From contig CDPCPM010000106.1 in assembly GCA_976551045.1 (NCBI GenBank), positions 33,542,001 through 33,606,000 of the forward strand: a stretch of DNA of 64,000 nt, given 5' to 3'. The first letter of the stretch is position 1. Each line of letters starts with the position of its first letter. This document shows, one piece after another, positions 12,311 through 24,735 of the stretch. Source of the DNA: Glaucostegus cemiculus (lineage: Eukaryota). The notes below the pieces were generated by a model, which was not told where the DNA came from, did no database searches, and saw nothing but the letters and a program-made list of their open reading frames with translations. The position numbers and the translations under genes are program-made.

Positions 12311-12597
12311 CTGCACTTAATTCTGACTTCTGGTGCTGCCTAGATGGTGATTGCGCATTCTCCCTCTGACCGTGTAGGGTTTCCCTGGGTGTTCTGGTTT
12401 CTATTCACCAAATGTGCTGGCTGATAGGTTAACTGACCACTGTAAATTGCCCCTACTGTAGGTGAGTGGTAGGTGAAGTTGGGGAGATAATGCGCATGTG
12501 AGGGAGAGTATACAGGAAATAAGTGGGTGAATAGGATTGGTCCAAGAGCCGGCATAGACATGATGGGCTGAATGGCTTCCTTCTATGTTGTCATAAA
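12310..12597 (+). mobile_element. HE1-type V-SINE with CR1-like tail
   Basis: V-domain GGGTTTCCCTGGGTGTTCTGGTTTC, TGTAAATTGCCCCT, tail GATGGGCTGAATGGCTTCCTTCT. Confidence 0.8.
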
Positions 12598-12879
12598 GTA
12601 TGAGAAACAATCAGATAATAATGGTTCACTTAAATTGTTGTATAATTCCAAAACAGAAGTCAATCTTACTAGTAGTCTACTTTTGCCACACAACTATTGC
12701 ATTTCAGGTGACATTTTACATTGGCTCCGAGCTGTGAGATCGCCCTTTTCTCATATCTACAGAATCACTTCAAGAATCCAGACTATTGATCCAGTGTCTT
12801 GTTTTGGGTTTTCGAAAAACATTATCTCAACAAGTGAAGATTGGAAAATGGTTACTTTTAATCCTGGATTTTTACCAGC

Positions 12880-13146
12880 TAAACCCTAATCACTGCAGTT
12901 CAGCAACACTATGACCACTTTAATCACTTGGCACTAAAATCTTGGGACTTGGGACTTGCTTTTTTTTTCATTCTAATTGTGTCCTTTCTTGTAAAAATAG
13001 TGTGTAATTTATGTGAAATTTATGTTTTCCTTGTGAATGCTGCTTATGTGATGCTATGTGCCTGTGATGCTGCTGCAATTAAGTTTTTCATTGTACCGGT
13101 GCATATATGTACTTGTGCAAATGACAATAAGCCTGATTTTGACTTT
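12880..13146 (+). mobile_element. Rex1/Babar 3' UTR and tail
   Basis: CCCTAATCACTGCAG...TGTGCCTGTGATGCTGCTGCA...ACAATAAG..GACTTT; similar to 46572 and 57487. Confidence 0.85.
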
Positions 13147-13829
13147 TAAAGACCAATAAAATATTTGGGGTATTGTCCAGGACTCTGTGGTTTAAGGTAA
13201 AACAGAACTTGGAACACATGAAGTCTATGTCTCTCCTGACTTTGTCCAGCCACTGCAAGTATAAAATTCCTTGCATAGATAATTCCTTCACAAGGAATCA
13301 AAACTAGCATATAAAGTAATTGTCTAATGGTTGGAAGCAGGTCAGCTGTTCTGGCTGGAGACTCTCTGTGGTAGAACAATCATTCCCCATGGATTAGCCT
13401 GGATTCATTCACACCCTTCTGATTAAAATAGTCAAATGCAAGGTTTAAGTGATTTCTCTCAACTTATCCAGGAGAAACCAATGAGCTTCTGATCAGACTT
13501 TGGTGCCGGAGTAATTAATTCCCAGGAGATGCTAGGAATCCAATTTTTCTAAGGTCCTACACTACCTCAAGTAAAATCTATATTTAAAAATATATAGGAT
13601 TGAATCCTGTGATTTTAATTACATTTTGGCCCAGTGATAAACTACTTCACAAATTATTTATCACGTTAATGGCTTGTTTCCAATGTAATTACTATGGATG
13701 GGTGAAAGGGTCAGAATGGATTTGATGGTATGAAGAGCCTCTTTCTGTGCTGTACAACTCAATTACTCTATTTAGACTCCCCATATTATAGTTGAAAGTT
13801 GTGAAGTGACCACAGCCAACATTCTCTTA

Positions 13830-14045
13830 GAGGTCCGTTAGCTTTCCTAATTATTTGCTGTACGTGCATACTGTCCTTCTCGGATCATGCACTTGGACCC
13901 ATTCAAATCCCTCTGCATCCCAGATCTCTGCAGTTTGAAACAATGTGGTTCTATTTTTTTTATTTTTCAGACCACAATGGACAATGTCACATTTTCTCAC
14001 ATTCTGCTACATTTGTCAGATGTTCCCACATGCACTTAATCTTGG
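13830..14045 (-). mobile_element. Degenerate CR1 RT fragment
   Basis: GGACCC..AATCCCTCTGCA, CACATTTTCTCACATT..TACATTTGTCA (reverse of the WQMxxNVxKC region). Confidence 0.55.
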
Positions 14046-14057
14046 GATTAGTACAAG

Positions 14058-14552
14058 AAAGTCAAAGTTGTTGTCATATGGACAAGTACATGAATTTACA
14101 TGTTCAATGAAAAACTTGCTTGCAGCAACATTACAGGTAGGTAGCATCAGATAAGCAGCATTCACAAGAAAAATGTAAATTATAGATAATTTTTGCAAAA
14201 AGCAACACAATTAGAACAAAAAAATATCATTTTAGTTCAAAGTGATCAAAGTTGTCCCAGTTTTGCTATACTGAGGTGGTGATTAGGGTTGTGCCAGTTG
14301 CTTCAAGAACCGAATGGTTGAAGGGAAGTAGCTGTTCTTGAACCTGGTGGTGTGGGACTTCAGGCTTCTGTACCTCCTGCCTGACGGTAGCTGCGAGAAG
14401 ATGCCATGGCCCGGACGGTGGGGATCTTTGATGTTGCCTTTCTGAGGCCGTACCTCATGTAGATACTTACGATGATGGGGAGGGATATGCCCTTGATATA
14501 TTGAGCTGAGTCCATTACCCTCTGCAGATTCTAATATTCCTGTGCATTCAAA
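14058..14552 (-). mobile_element. Rex1/Babar 3' fragment
   Basis: AAGTCAAAGTT tail; GGGAAGTAGCTGTTCTTGAACCTGGTGGTGTGGGACTTCAGGCTTCTGTACCTCC (RRYRSLKSHTTRFKNSYFP). Confidence 0.9.
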
Positions 14553-16599
14553 AGTGCAGAGTTGAAAACGACACTGAAGTAAAGTTCAGTCAGCCTCATT
14601 GAAGTGGAGCCGGCAGAGGGGTCTCAACAGCCTCGTCCTGTTTGTATTTCTCATGTTCCTACATTGCCTCCATTTTTGGTCCATTCCTCATGAAATACAG
14701 CTGAATTCAGCTTCAAAAAGAGCTGGTTTTAGGTGGGAGTTCATTCAGTTATTTGCCTAGTTATCTCCAGGCAAGAAGTTTATTTGTTCAAGTCCCACAT
14801 GAAGGAATGATTCTCATTGGGCTACCTTAGTTAAATGTTTTCAAATAAATAAGCCTGCACTAAAGCCCCAATCACTCTGCTGTTAAATCACCCATGTCCC
14901 AAAACTAATTCAACCATTTCACATTATAATGTCTTACGAAGTGTATGTAAACCTACTGGGAAGCCTCTATAACCCTGACCTCATCAAACTTGCTTGAATA
15001 ACTGGAGGATTACGGTGCTTCATCTCAACAACTTGCTGTTATGATGTCAAATATTATCAGCTTTTAAGCAGAAAATACATAAGTTTTTAATATAAATGTA
15101 ATCGGGAAGAAATCTAGACATCAGCATGATTAAGGGGCCTGGGACAACCCCACTGCCAAAGTTTCAATAGTCTCCGATTGGTACAGTGGATGTGAATGTA
15201 CTGTGCAGAACCATCAAGCACAACTCTTTTATCAGATTCTGGCCATAATTAGTTCAGCTTTTAATTTTAAATATCTTAAAGCTTGCAACACTCAAGTGAG
15301 CTAATCAAGCTGAAGATTGCTGAGACTATACTTTGCAAGGATGAATCACTGAGCATTAAGTAAAGTTACTGACGCAGCTGGACAGATGTACAAGGTAGAA
15401 ACAGATCTTATGTTACTGTGGGATGGTTTTCACTTTGCACTGGAGCCTAATCCAAGGTTGAGAGGTGTTGTGATACTGGATTGCAACATCAGCAAGGCTC
15501 CTTACAGTCAATGGCACCACCCCCTCTGCTTCCCACCACCCCCTCCCAACCCCATCCCTATTCCAAGCATATTCCATATCAACTTGCTTCATGAAGCTGG
15601 CTCTATCATCAGCTGAGGGACAGTGATATCTCGTTCTGGGAGGTGGGGAGAGAGTAACCAGAACATTCCCCATCCACAAAACAGCTCATTAAATGTTTGA
15701 CGGCTGGCTAAGCTCAGAAATATTTAAAAACAGTCATAGTGTTTTGACAGTTTAGCCAGCTGTCAAGACATTACGAAGTTTGGAATATTTCTGACATTCA
15801 AACTATTCAAAGCTTTTTAAAGAATTATTAAATAATATTTAAAGAAATTTTAATATACATACAATTGTTTTAAAAATTATAATTTACATAAACTAAAACA
15901 ATTTAGAAAAATGTGTATTAACAAAAACTTGCCTTGTCCTCTTGCAACCATTCCTCTCTATTCCAATGAATGGAGATGCTGCTCCCATGCCAGGTTTAAT
16001 GTAGGGCCGATTCCTTGGCATAAGTGCTGGGAAATTGCTTCACCTTTGCACCTTTAAGTAGTCCAACATCAGAGCACAGTTGGGAAAGGGCTAGTCAGGT
16101 TCAGAATTCTGCATTTACATGAGCATAGATGGAAATGCCGAACCTGATGGCATTTACATGGTAAAATGCCAGGTCATTAACTCCAGTAAACAACAGAACC
16201 AGGAGTTAACAATTTCCATGCTTGCTGTGGGACACCCTGAGCATTTACTAAACTGGAACAAGGTCGTTCTGATTGTTTGGATAACACGGGTGCCCATTCA
16301 ACACTGCCAGATCATTCTGGGTGAAATTAGTCCCAGATGATAATGCAAAAGGGACAATAAAAAGTGAGCAATTGGCTTTACATCATGCCTAATTTTCTGC
16401 TCCTGAAGCACTTGATGTTCACATGTATGAGCAGAAGTCGGCACATGTGTGTTAGAACACATGCACAGACTTCTCCCATTATGCGCCTACTAATCTGTAA
16501 CTAAAAGCATGATGAGAACAAAGGAACAAAAGACTATTTAGCCATGCCTTTACCCCATATCCTGGAATACCTTTGGTTCACAAAACTCTATCAACCTAT

Positions 16600-17560
16600 T
16601 AAATGATTTGGAAATGTGGCGCAGAAACAGGCCATTCAGCCCAACCAGTCCATGCTGGTGGTAATGCTCCATTGGAGCATCCTCCCGTCTTTTCTCAGTT
16701 AAGGCCATCAGTGTGACCTTCTGTCCCCTTCCCTCAGCCTCCCCTGAGTACATTTCACCCCAACCACTCCCTGTGGAAGCCATTTCCACATTCTCACCAC
16801 TCACTGGGCAATGAGATCTCTTCTGAGCTCCTATTGGATTTCTGGGTCACTGTCCTACATCACAAAAAGTAACATTTACTCTGTATCTACTCTGTCTTTA
16901 TCTTCCACCTTAAAGACCTCCATGAGATCACCCCTCAACCATCTTTTCTCAGGGGAAAACAGCTCTAGTCTTTGCCCTTTCCTGATGTGTATTGCCTCAT
17001 ACTTATGCTCTCATCCTTGAGTGTCTTCTCTCTACCTTCTTCAGTGCCTCTATATCAGGCTGGGTCATCAGTCCTGCTGAGACCCGCCCTCATTTCCAGA
17101 TGGAAAGTGATCAGATCAACAGGGAGATTGCTGAACGTTGAACCAGCTGCCTTCTGACTGCCTGCTCATTGACGAGACTGGTCCCTCGTCGCACCCTTGA
17201 CAGGAGGAATCCCCAGACTTTACACCGGCGGGCAGCTTTCATTCAGCAGGTCTGTTTGCCTGTTTCTTTGGCACAACTTTATGACTGTATGGCAAGTGGT
17301 CTCTGGCTGGGTGAGAGTCGGACCTTCTCCAGGGCGTTTGTCTCCAGCTGGGACCCCAGGGTGAGGTTTGGTGAGGGGAGGTGGTAACTGAATTTGGCTT
17401 CCTCTGTGTTGGCTTTCCACACAGTTTGGTATCCTCCACAAATTTAGAAATTGCACTTTTGATTCCAGGCTCTAAATCATTAACATGAATTGTGAACAGC
17501 TGTAGTCCCAGCACTGATTTGTGTTGAACATTACCACCCATCTTCTTTCACTGTGGTTAG
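16600..17560 (-). mobile_element. CR1 fragments flanking an unexplained GC-rich insert (17045-17390)
   Basis: AACAGGCCATTCAGCCC tail; ORF 17239..17541 SVLGLQLFTIHVNDLE..ISKFVEDTKL. Confidence 0.75.
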
Positions 17561-17689
17561 CCTCACTTTACTCTCACTCTCTGCTTTCTGTGTTGAAGCC
17601 AGCCAGTGTACCAGGCACTGAGGAACAGGAGGACAACATTCACCCCTTGAGCCTGAGATGATTTAATGAGATCATGACTGATCTGTGAC

Positions 17690-17960
17690 CACAGTAAGCA
17701 GCACAGTGGATAGCAAGTTGTATCAGTGCCAATCTCCTATATAATCAATGTGGAGTTTGCATGTTCTCCTTGTAACCATATGGGTTTCCCCAGACACTCC
17801 AAGTCCCTTCCACATCTCAGTGATGCATGCCTTGGTAGGTTAATTGTGACTGTAAATTACCCCTAATGTGTAATTGGGTGGCAGGTGAACTGGGGGAGTT
17901 AATAGCCCTGAGAGAAAAAAATAAGTTGCAGGCAACAAAGTGAGGAGGTGGGATTGATTT
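17690..17960 (+). mobile_element. HE1-type V-SINE, degenerate
   Basis: TGTGGAGTTTGCATGTTCTCC..GGGTTTCCCC..TGTAAATTACCCCT. Confidence 0.75.
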
Positions 17961-19619
17961 TTTTTTTGTTTTGGAGAACAATGACCTACTTCTTTGTCAA
18001 AAGGAAATGTGAAATCTGCCCGGCTCTTCTCCACATCCCTTAATATTCCTGGTTAACAAAAATCTATTAGCCTCAGATTTAAATTAATCATTGTGCTGAC
18101 AACTAGTGCTGTTAAATATGGGGCTTCCAAACTTCTGTTGAATTCTGTGTGTAGATCAGTTCTCTAATTTCACTCTGCGAGGCTTGGCACTAATTCCAGT
18201 TAAATGTGATTGCATGAAAGAAATACTGCTGTAGCCATCTACTGGAAGTAGCAATAGTTGAAATGATGTGGCTTCTCCTGGAATGGAGAGAGGTGGTGCA
18301 GTGCTGTCAACACCTCTGTTCTACCTCAAAGTGCAGCAGGTAAAGCCGAGTGCTTCTAATGATCCTTGCCCCTATGAGTTCTCGAATGCTGCCCTGATTC
18401 CATGTGCAGCATCTTTGGGAAGAGGAACCTTTATTAATCGTAGAAAGATTCTCCCAAGAAAGTCCAGGAGAGAAAATGATTTGATTATCAAAACCCAGAT
18501 CTGGGACAACATACTTCCCCAGGGTAGCCATGGACAGTGACATTTAATTGGAGGGGCCAGGACTGCATATTGCAGCCTGTCACCAGGTACCCATGTCAGG
18601 CAAACCATTAACCAGAGATTAAATTTTACACTGTGCGAATATTGCGAAAGGTAGCCAGACTCAATGTGTCAAAATTCTCCAAAAAAAAGTTTAAAGAAAG
18701 CTATATGAATAGAATGAGCTTGGTGAATGTTTTGAGGTTGAGAGGATTGAAGCATTCATTGTCTTTAGAAGTGCAATAAGGGACATCAAACATGTGGGGG
18801 GTCTTTAGGTTTTGATCCCATTCCCACTCACCATACATGGGACATCCCCACCAATTGCCAAATAGGAATAACCTCATCACCACATTTGCACTTCTTCCTT
18901 AATATGCCACCGTGTATTGAGTGCTGAATCACATCAGCAGGAAAATGTGGTTCCCCTTAGAATTAGGAAACAAATGTGTTTGGAGGAAATGATGAATGTT
19001 CAGTGGGTTTTATTCACATTAATTGGAGTGCTGGTAATTAATCACAGACAGAGGCAATGTGCTCAGACTGTCAGGGGATGGTTACAGGATGATACAGTGT
19101 GCTCATGCCTGAAGCTCTCATTTCGTGGTTCAAAGGCTGAAGTATGAATTATGGCAATCATCGGCAGGTTCATTAATCAGATGTGTTCAATTTTTTGCTT
19201 TAAAAATTTATTGACCATTTGGTATGGGCTGTAAAATGAGTGGAGATATTTATGGTTTAAAACAAAAGGCAGATAAATCTAAAGAAATTCGAACTGATAT
19301 TTTCAATGCCCTTCAGCCCTACAATTAGAGAAGTAATGGAAAGATAGGGCTTGAGGAGAAGGGTTGAAGATGGCCACATGATTCACATAAAGCATGGAAC
19401 ATGTTACACTTCAGAGCAGAACTGATTCCAGTTGACGAATTCCATGTGGCATTTAACTTCATGTTCCCAACACTGTGTTGCAGTGGCAGATACCCCGGTG
19501 ACTCCTTCCCTTCAATAATGCCTACACAGCAGGGTATTTGAGGAGGCATGAAGCCTGGTTCTGTTCCTATTTTTCCAGAGAATCCTTAGCAATAGGTTCT
19601 CTTCCATGCTCACACACTT

Positions 19620-20270
19620 ACCGCCAGTGACCTCCAAGGATCCAGTCTTGAGCCCCCTCCTAGTTCTCATCTGCGTGCTACCAGTAGTGTAGCAATCAGT
19701 AGTGTAGCATTCAGAAGGTCAGTTTCCACACTCAGCTGATGACACTCAGCTCCAGTTATTCCACCTCTCTCTCTCTCCCTCTCTCTTTTTCTCTCTCTCT
19801 TTATCTCTCTCTCCAGCCACCTGATACATTGCAAACTTGGAGACATAATTATCCCTCAACAGCCGCGGACGGTAGATAGCTAGCCTATCTATTTTCAACA
19901 CTGTAAAGTCTGTGCCTTTGTTACCTTTAATCTTGGCTATTCTAAAGCATCCTGGCCATCTTTCTTTGTCCGCCAGTCTGTAAACAAAACCATCCAAAAC
20001 TTTGTTGTCCATGCTCTAACTCACAGCAAGTCAAGCTCACCCAGCACTTCTGCCTCACAAGCAATGGCGTTATCATTCATCTTTTCAGATTCCTCTATGA
20101 TCTTGTCCATCCATGACTCAGTGGCATCTTCAAGTTCCATGCTTCTCCAAGACATTCTGCATTCCTCTAATTTCACTAGTCCTGAATTTAATCATGTGGC
20201 TTCAGTTGCTAAGGACGTATGCTCTGGAAATCTATCCATATCCTTCCTTGCCTCTCTTTTCTCCCCATCT
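19620..20270 (+). mobile_element. L2 LINE RT/3' remnant with internal (CT)n
   Basis: CAAGGATCCAGTCTTGAGCCCCCTCCTAGTTCTCATCT (PQGSVLGPLLFLIY-like) and GCTGATGACACTCAGCTC (ADDTQL). Confidence 0.7.
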
Positions 20271-20399
20271 TCAATAGTAATTGGTGTCGGGATAATTATT
20301 AATTCAAATCTGAGACTAATAGACATTGGTCACTGGAATTTTTCCACCATAATGAAGATGTTGATTCCAATTTCAAAGAGTCAAGGAATCTGCCTGGAA

Positions 20400-20960
20400 G
20401 GGGATCATTTCCCTCCCCTCTGGTCATTGTGAGATTTATCCCATTTCCCAGCTCATGGCCTGAAACCTTGTGGATCCCAACATGTTAAAAGCACATCCAG
20501 CTGGCTTCTTTCTATCTGTGGGGACAGCTTCTGCCTCCATCACCATTTCGGGCCAGATATTCCAGACTTGCACCATCGTCAGAGCAGTGGAAATCTCTCA
20601 TCTCCTTTCCAGTCCTTGTACCACTTATTTTCAATCCACACTCACCACCATCACCCATGAGTGACCTCTTTGCTCAGGGAATTAGAACCTTTCTATCTAT
20701 CACTTAGGCCCCTTTTAAATTTGTACACCACTTCTAAGCCTTCTCCACTCCAACAAAAACAACCCAATCCATTGAATCTGTCCAGAAATCTCCAGTCCTG
20801 GCAACATCCTCGTAAATCTCCTCTGCAGCCTGTCACGTTCTAAGATATCCTTCCTGTTATGGCTGGAACTGGATGCAGTATTCTAGCCATATCCGAACAT
20901 GTCCTATCCAGTTCCTGAGTCATATATTCTGTGGCTCATCCACCAAAGGAAACTACCTTT
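20400..20960 (-). mobile_element. Degenerate CR1 3' region
   Basis: TCCTGGCAACATCCTCGTAAATCTCCTCTGCA and GAACTGGATGCAGTATTC (EYCIQF..QRRFTRMLPG). Confidence 0.7.
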
Positions 20961-21418
20961 TGGATTCTCTCCACCATTAACATTCCTCACCCCAGTGCAA
21001 ATTAACACAATAATTTATTCCAAGTTATAGTAAGGACTACACAATGAAATGCATTAGAATTTGGCTGTATGATCACAAAGGATTATATCATCTCTCCACA
21101 ATAAAACAAGAAGAGTAGTCTTTATACTTAGCTTGTAAAATATGTTCTATGTGTATTATAAGACTCTATGCCCTGAGGCTCAAATGAAACATTTAATATT
21201 AATGGTAAGCATGAGGACTAATCCTTTTCCTGTTAATAATATTGTATCAAATAGTTTAATGCTCTTTATCTGATCCTAATCTGCTTCCCCATGGTTTACA
21301 ATACAATGAGTACTGAAGGCAACTCTGCTACACATCCCGAATTATTCTTGTTTATTTTCTGCCCACACTCATCCTCAATTAAAAAGAATTTAACAACATA
21401 GGAGGCAAAAATGGCCCA

Positions 21419-21565
21419 GCAGAATCAGAATCAGGTACATTATCACTGACTTATGTGATGTGAAATTTGTTGTTTTGCAGCAGCAGAACAGTGCAAAGGC
21501 ATAATTTATTTATTTTGTAATTTATAGTAATTTTTGTGCAAAGGATTCTGAAATCTGATGGTGGA
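21419..21565 (-). mobile_element. Rex1/Babar tail fragment (rearranged)
   Basis: AGAATCAGAATCAGG..TGTGAAATTTGTTGTTTTGCAGCAGCAG. Confidence 0.75.
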
Positions 21566-21649
21566 ATAACCATCCCCGTAGCTAGTCAACAGAATTTTCT
21601 GGTCAAGGACAGAAAGAACCTATGGTCAAGGCTAGTCTTAGAACTGGCA

Positions 21650-22050
21650 TCATAGACACAGAATGAGGCCATTCAGCCCATCAAGTCTGTACTGGTTGCT
21701 AGCAGAGAAATTCAGTTAGTCCCGTTTACTCATCAGACTTTCCCCACTGTCCTGTGAACAAGGCTCTATCATGTGACTATTCAATTCCTTTTTGAAATAC
21801 CTGACTGATTCTGTTTGCACTTCATTACATCCAGATTATAACCATTTTCTGGGTAAAAATATTTTTCCTCAAATTTTTCATGTACCTTTTGCCCTTTATT
21901 TTAGTTCTGTGACCACTGGCCTTTAAACTATCCATAAATGGGAACACCTTCCCCTAGTCTACACCATCTAAATTAGACATGATTGTATACACCTCTGGCA
22001 AATCTGCTCACAAGTTTTATTGCTCCAAGGATAAGATCAAATCAGCCTTG
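21650..22050 (-). mobile_element. Degenerate CR1 3' end
   Basis: GAGGCCATTCAGCCCATCAAGTCT tail; CATGATTGTATACACCTCT. Confidence 0.65.
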
Positions 22051-22156
22051 ATCTTACTGAATGACAGGCTACTTTTTTTCTTTTACAAAATATGGATTGA
22101 CAACACTACATTAGCCAATGAGTTAAATAAATGGTGGTGCAGAGGACTCATCTATA

Positions 22157-22352
22157 TAGACACAAGAGACTGCAGATGCTAGAATCTGGAGCAACACACA
22201 AAATACTGGAGAAACTCAGTGAGTCAACCAGCATCTGTGGAGAGAAATTGACAGTCGACGTTTTGGGTCCAGGTGAAGGGTCTCGACCTGAAACGTCAAC
22301 GGTACATTTCCCTCCACAGATGCTGCTTGACCTGCTGAGTTTCACCAGCACC
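22157..22352. mobile_element. Penelope-like terminal repeat fold-back unit with hammerhead-derived motif at ~22267-22301 (+)
   Basis: Inverted arms; centre GTCC AGGTGA AGGGTCTCGACCT GAAAC GTC. Confidence 0.88.
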
Positions 22353-22444
22353 TCGAGGTCTCATCAGTCTAAGTTTGATTAACAGATCAATTATTCAATC
22401 ATCTCCACTTTGTACTGTCTAGAGTCTTTTTTATTCATTGACAG

Positions 22445-22740
22445 GATGCGGACACCATTGGGAGCTGGCATTTGGTGTCCCAGTGCCCAGTTGCCCTCTA
22501 AACATGATGTCCAGCTGGGGCATTTCAGCTGGCAGGGAAAAATTAATCAGAGAGGTGGTTCTGTGGTCAAAATCAGGCCAGACCAGATAAGGACAGCAGG
22601 TTTCCTTCATACCTAAGGTCACCATTACTGATATTAGATTTTAATTCCACTTACCTGAATCTAAGTCTGCAGTTGCATGAGTGGGATTAGATCTAATGTC
22701 TGCCGATCATTGGATACTATGCTACAGAGCCTCTACTGTA
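22445..22740 (-). mobile_element. tRNA-derived SINE with L2/Crack-type tail
   Basis: AGGCCAGACCAGATAAGGACAGCAGGTTTCCTTC shared with 48925 and 56935. Confidence 0.6.
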
Positions 22741-22914
22741 CTTGTACACACACTCCTATTATGAGTTCCATGTCTGTCATTGTGTTCTGCTCAAAGGACT
22801 CTGCATAAAACAATTTTTCTTACTGAGTCCTGTGCCCTCATAATGGTGAGTTGAATGGTGGAAAAAACCCTCGGTCCTCTTGTCTGCAAAGTTATCATAT
22901 TTGGTAAGTCGTGA

Positions 22915-23730
22915 ATGACCGGATGGTGCAGCAGGTAGTGCTGCTGCCCCACAGCTCCAGCGATCCCACTCCAATCCTGACCTCACATGCCGTCTGTGTG
23001 GAGTGTGCATGTTCTCTCTGTGACCGCACAGGTTTCCACCAAGTACTCCAGTTTCCTCCCACATCCCAAAGATCTGCTGGTAGGTGAATTGACCTCTGAA
23101 AATTACACCTTAGAGATAAAAGACTCAAAGGGTCAAAGTCAAAGTCAAGTTTATTGTCAGATGCCCAAGTACATAAATGCACAGGTGCAATGAAAAACTT
23201 ACTTGCAGCAGCATCACAGGCACATAGCATCAGAGACACAACATTCACAAGAAAAACATTAATTAACAACATAAATTATACAAAATTATGTAGGAAAAGA
23301 GCACAATTATAGCAAAAAAAAACAAAGTCCATTGGAGTGCAAAGTGATCAAAGTGATCTTAACGTTGCTGTACTGAAGTACTGATTAGGGTTGTGCAGGT
23401 TGGTTCAAGAACCGAATGGTTGAAGGGAAGTAGCTGTTCTTGAACCTGGTGGTGTGGGACTTCAGGATTCTATACCTGGAACATAGAACGGTACTGCACA
23501 GGCCCTTTGGACCACAATGTCCATGCTGACCATGCCTGGATGGTGTCAAGTTTCATGAGCGTCCCCCACGAATGCAAGCTGGTGACCTTATTAATCTAAG
23601 GAATGGTGTTGATGGGCATGTGAGAGAGAATAAGTTACAAGGAAATAAAGAAAGGGGGTATGGGACTGATGGTACTGCTGTGCTAGAACTTGATGGGCTG
23701 AATGTTCTCCTTCTGTGTTGTAAAAAAGTA
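22915..23730 (+). mobile_element. HE1-type V-SINE split by Rex1 (23132-23478, -) and a CR1 tail
   Basis: Head GGTGCAGCAGGTAGTGCTGCTGCC, V-domain, tail GATGGGCTGAATG resumes after the insert. Confidence 0.8.
23132..23478 (-). mobile_element. Rex1/Babar 3' fragment
   Basis: (GTCAAA)n tail, close to the 14058 copy. Confidence 0.9.
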
Positions 23731-24264
23731 AGGAAGTATTATTATCAGCACATTGAGAGCATAGAAATTAGTTGGGAGAATTGTTATCTAACCCACGCAG
23801 ACAAGGTATCAACAAAGCGTGATGAAAACTTAGGGTCAGGAGTTCAATGGGCTTAGCACCAAGTTAAGGCTGCCATGGTTGAAGTTTCAGATTCATCAGA
23901 CTATAACAACTGACAATTCGAATGAAGAAACAAATTACGTTCACACCTCAGATTCCTCAATGCAAGAAAAGCAGTAATTAGAAAAGAAGAATTGTTGCTA
24001 AATGTGATGCTTACCATGTTCAGAAGCCGGCTCTGAGCCAGCTTCACTCCCTCTGGAAGCTGGGCTGAGTTTAATGTTTGGATAAGCCTCTGAGTAAATG
24101 ACAGACTTTATTCTCCAGTGCCTGTCAGGGAATACAATTAAAAATTGCTTAGAGCATTCTCAGTCTGGTTCCCAGCAGCTTTCGTTCCTGCTTTTCATTC
24201 ACCCACTCTCCTAAACCAGAGGAGATGTATTTCCACAGCACCTATTGTATCCTTTGTTTCTCAG

Positions 24265-24735
24265 CCAATGAAATACTTTGAAGTGTTGTCAGTGCTGCAG
24301 TGCAGGAACTGGAGCACACAAAACAAGCTCCTATGAACAGCAACGTGGTAATGACCAGATTTTACTTCTTTGGTTATATTGACTGAGGGATATATAATGG
24401 CCAGGACACCATAAAGAAGTCTCAAGCTCTTCTTCAGAACAATGTCATTGGACTTCTGATGTGCACCTAATGGATCTGTAGGGAATTAGGTTTAAAATTG
24501 CATCCACCAGTTTTGCAGTCTCTCAGTAGGGATTAATGTCCTGATGAGACTTTCGACCCGAACGTCGAAAATTCCCTTCCTCCCACAAATGCTCCTTGAC
24601 CCGTTGAGTTCCTCCAACAAATTGTTTGTTGCTCCAGATTCCAGCATCTGTAGTCCCTTGTGTCTCCAGGGATTAATGTTTGTTCAGTGGAATGGGACTC
24701 AAACCCACCACTTGTTGGCTTAAAGATCAGACAGT
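24265..24735 (-). mobile_element. Deu-type SINE remnant interrupted by a PLE mini-element
   Basis: TAATGACCAGAT..TGAGGGATA..TGGCCAGGACACC; head TGGGACTCAAACCCAC. Confidence 0.6.
24540..24667 (+). mobile_element. 128-bp PLE terminal-repeat insertion starting at the hammerhead core, 12-bp TSD
   Basis: AGGGATTAATGT at 24528-24539 and 24668-24679; insert begins cCTGATGA. Confidence 0.9.

Noticed and set aside
12670-12756. Exon-like segment on - strand (YEKRAISQLGANVKCHLKCNSCVAKVDY)
   Set aside because: Weak acceptor, phase does not fit the other candidate exons, peptide unrecognised
17065-17071. CTGATGA on - strand as a hammerhead core
   Set aside because: No stem II followed by a GAAA box
18321-18343. 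CAAAGTGC..GCAGGTA resembling miR-17/93, next to a let-7 seed match
   Set aside because: Too short for the mature miRNA and no precursor hairpin
19682-19710. Short tandem duplications (also ~28782-28804, ~37961-37991)
   Set aside because: Ordinary slippage or repair duplications with no further pattern
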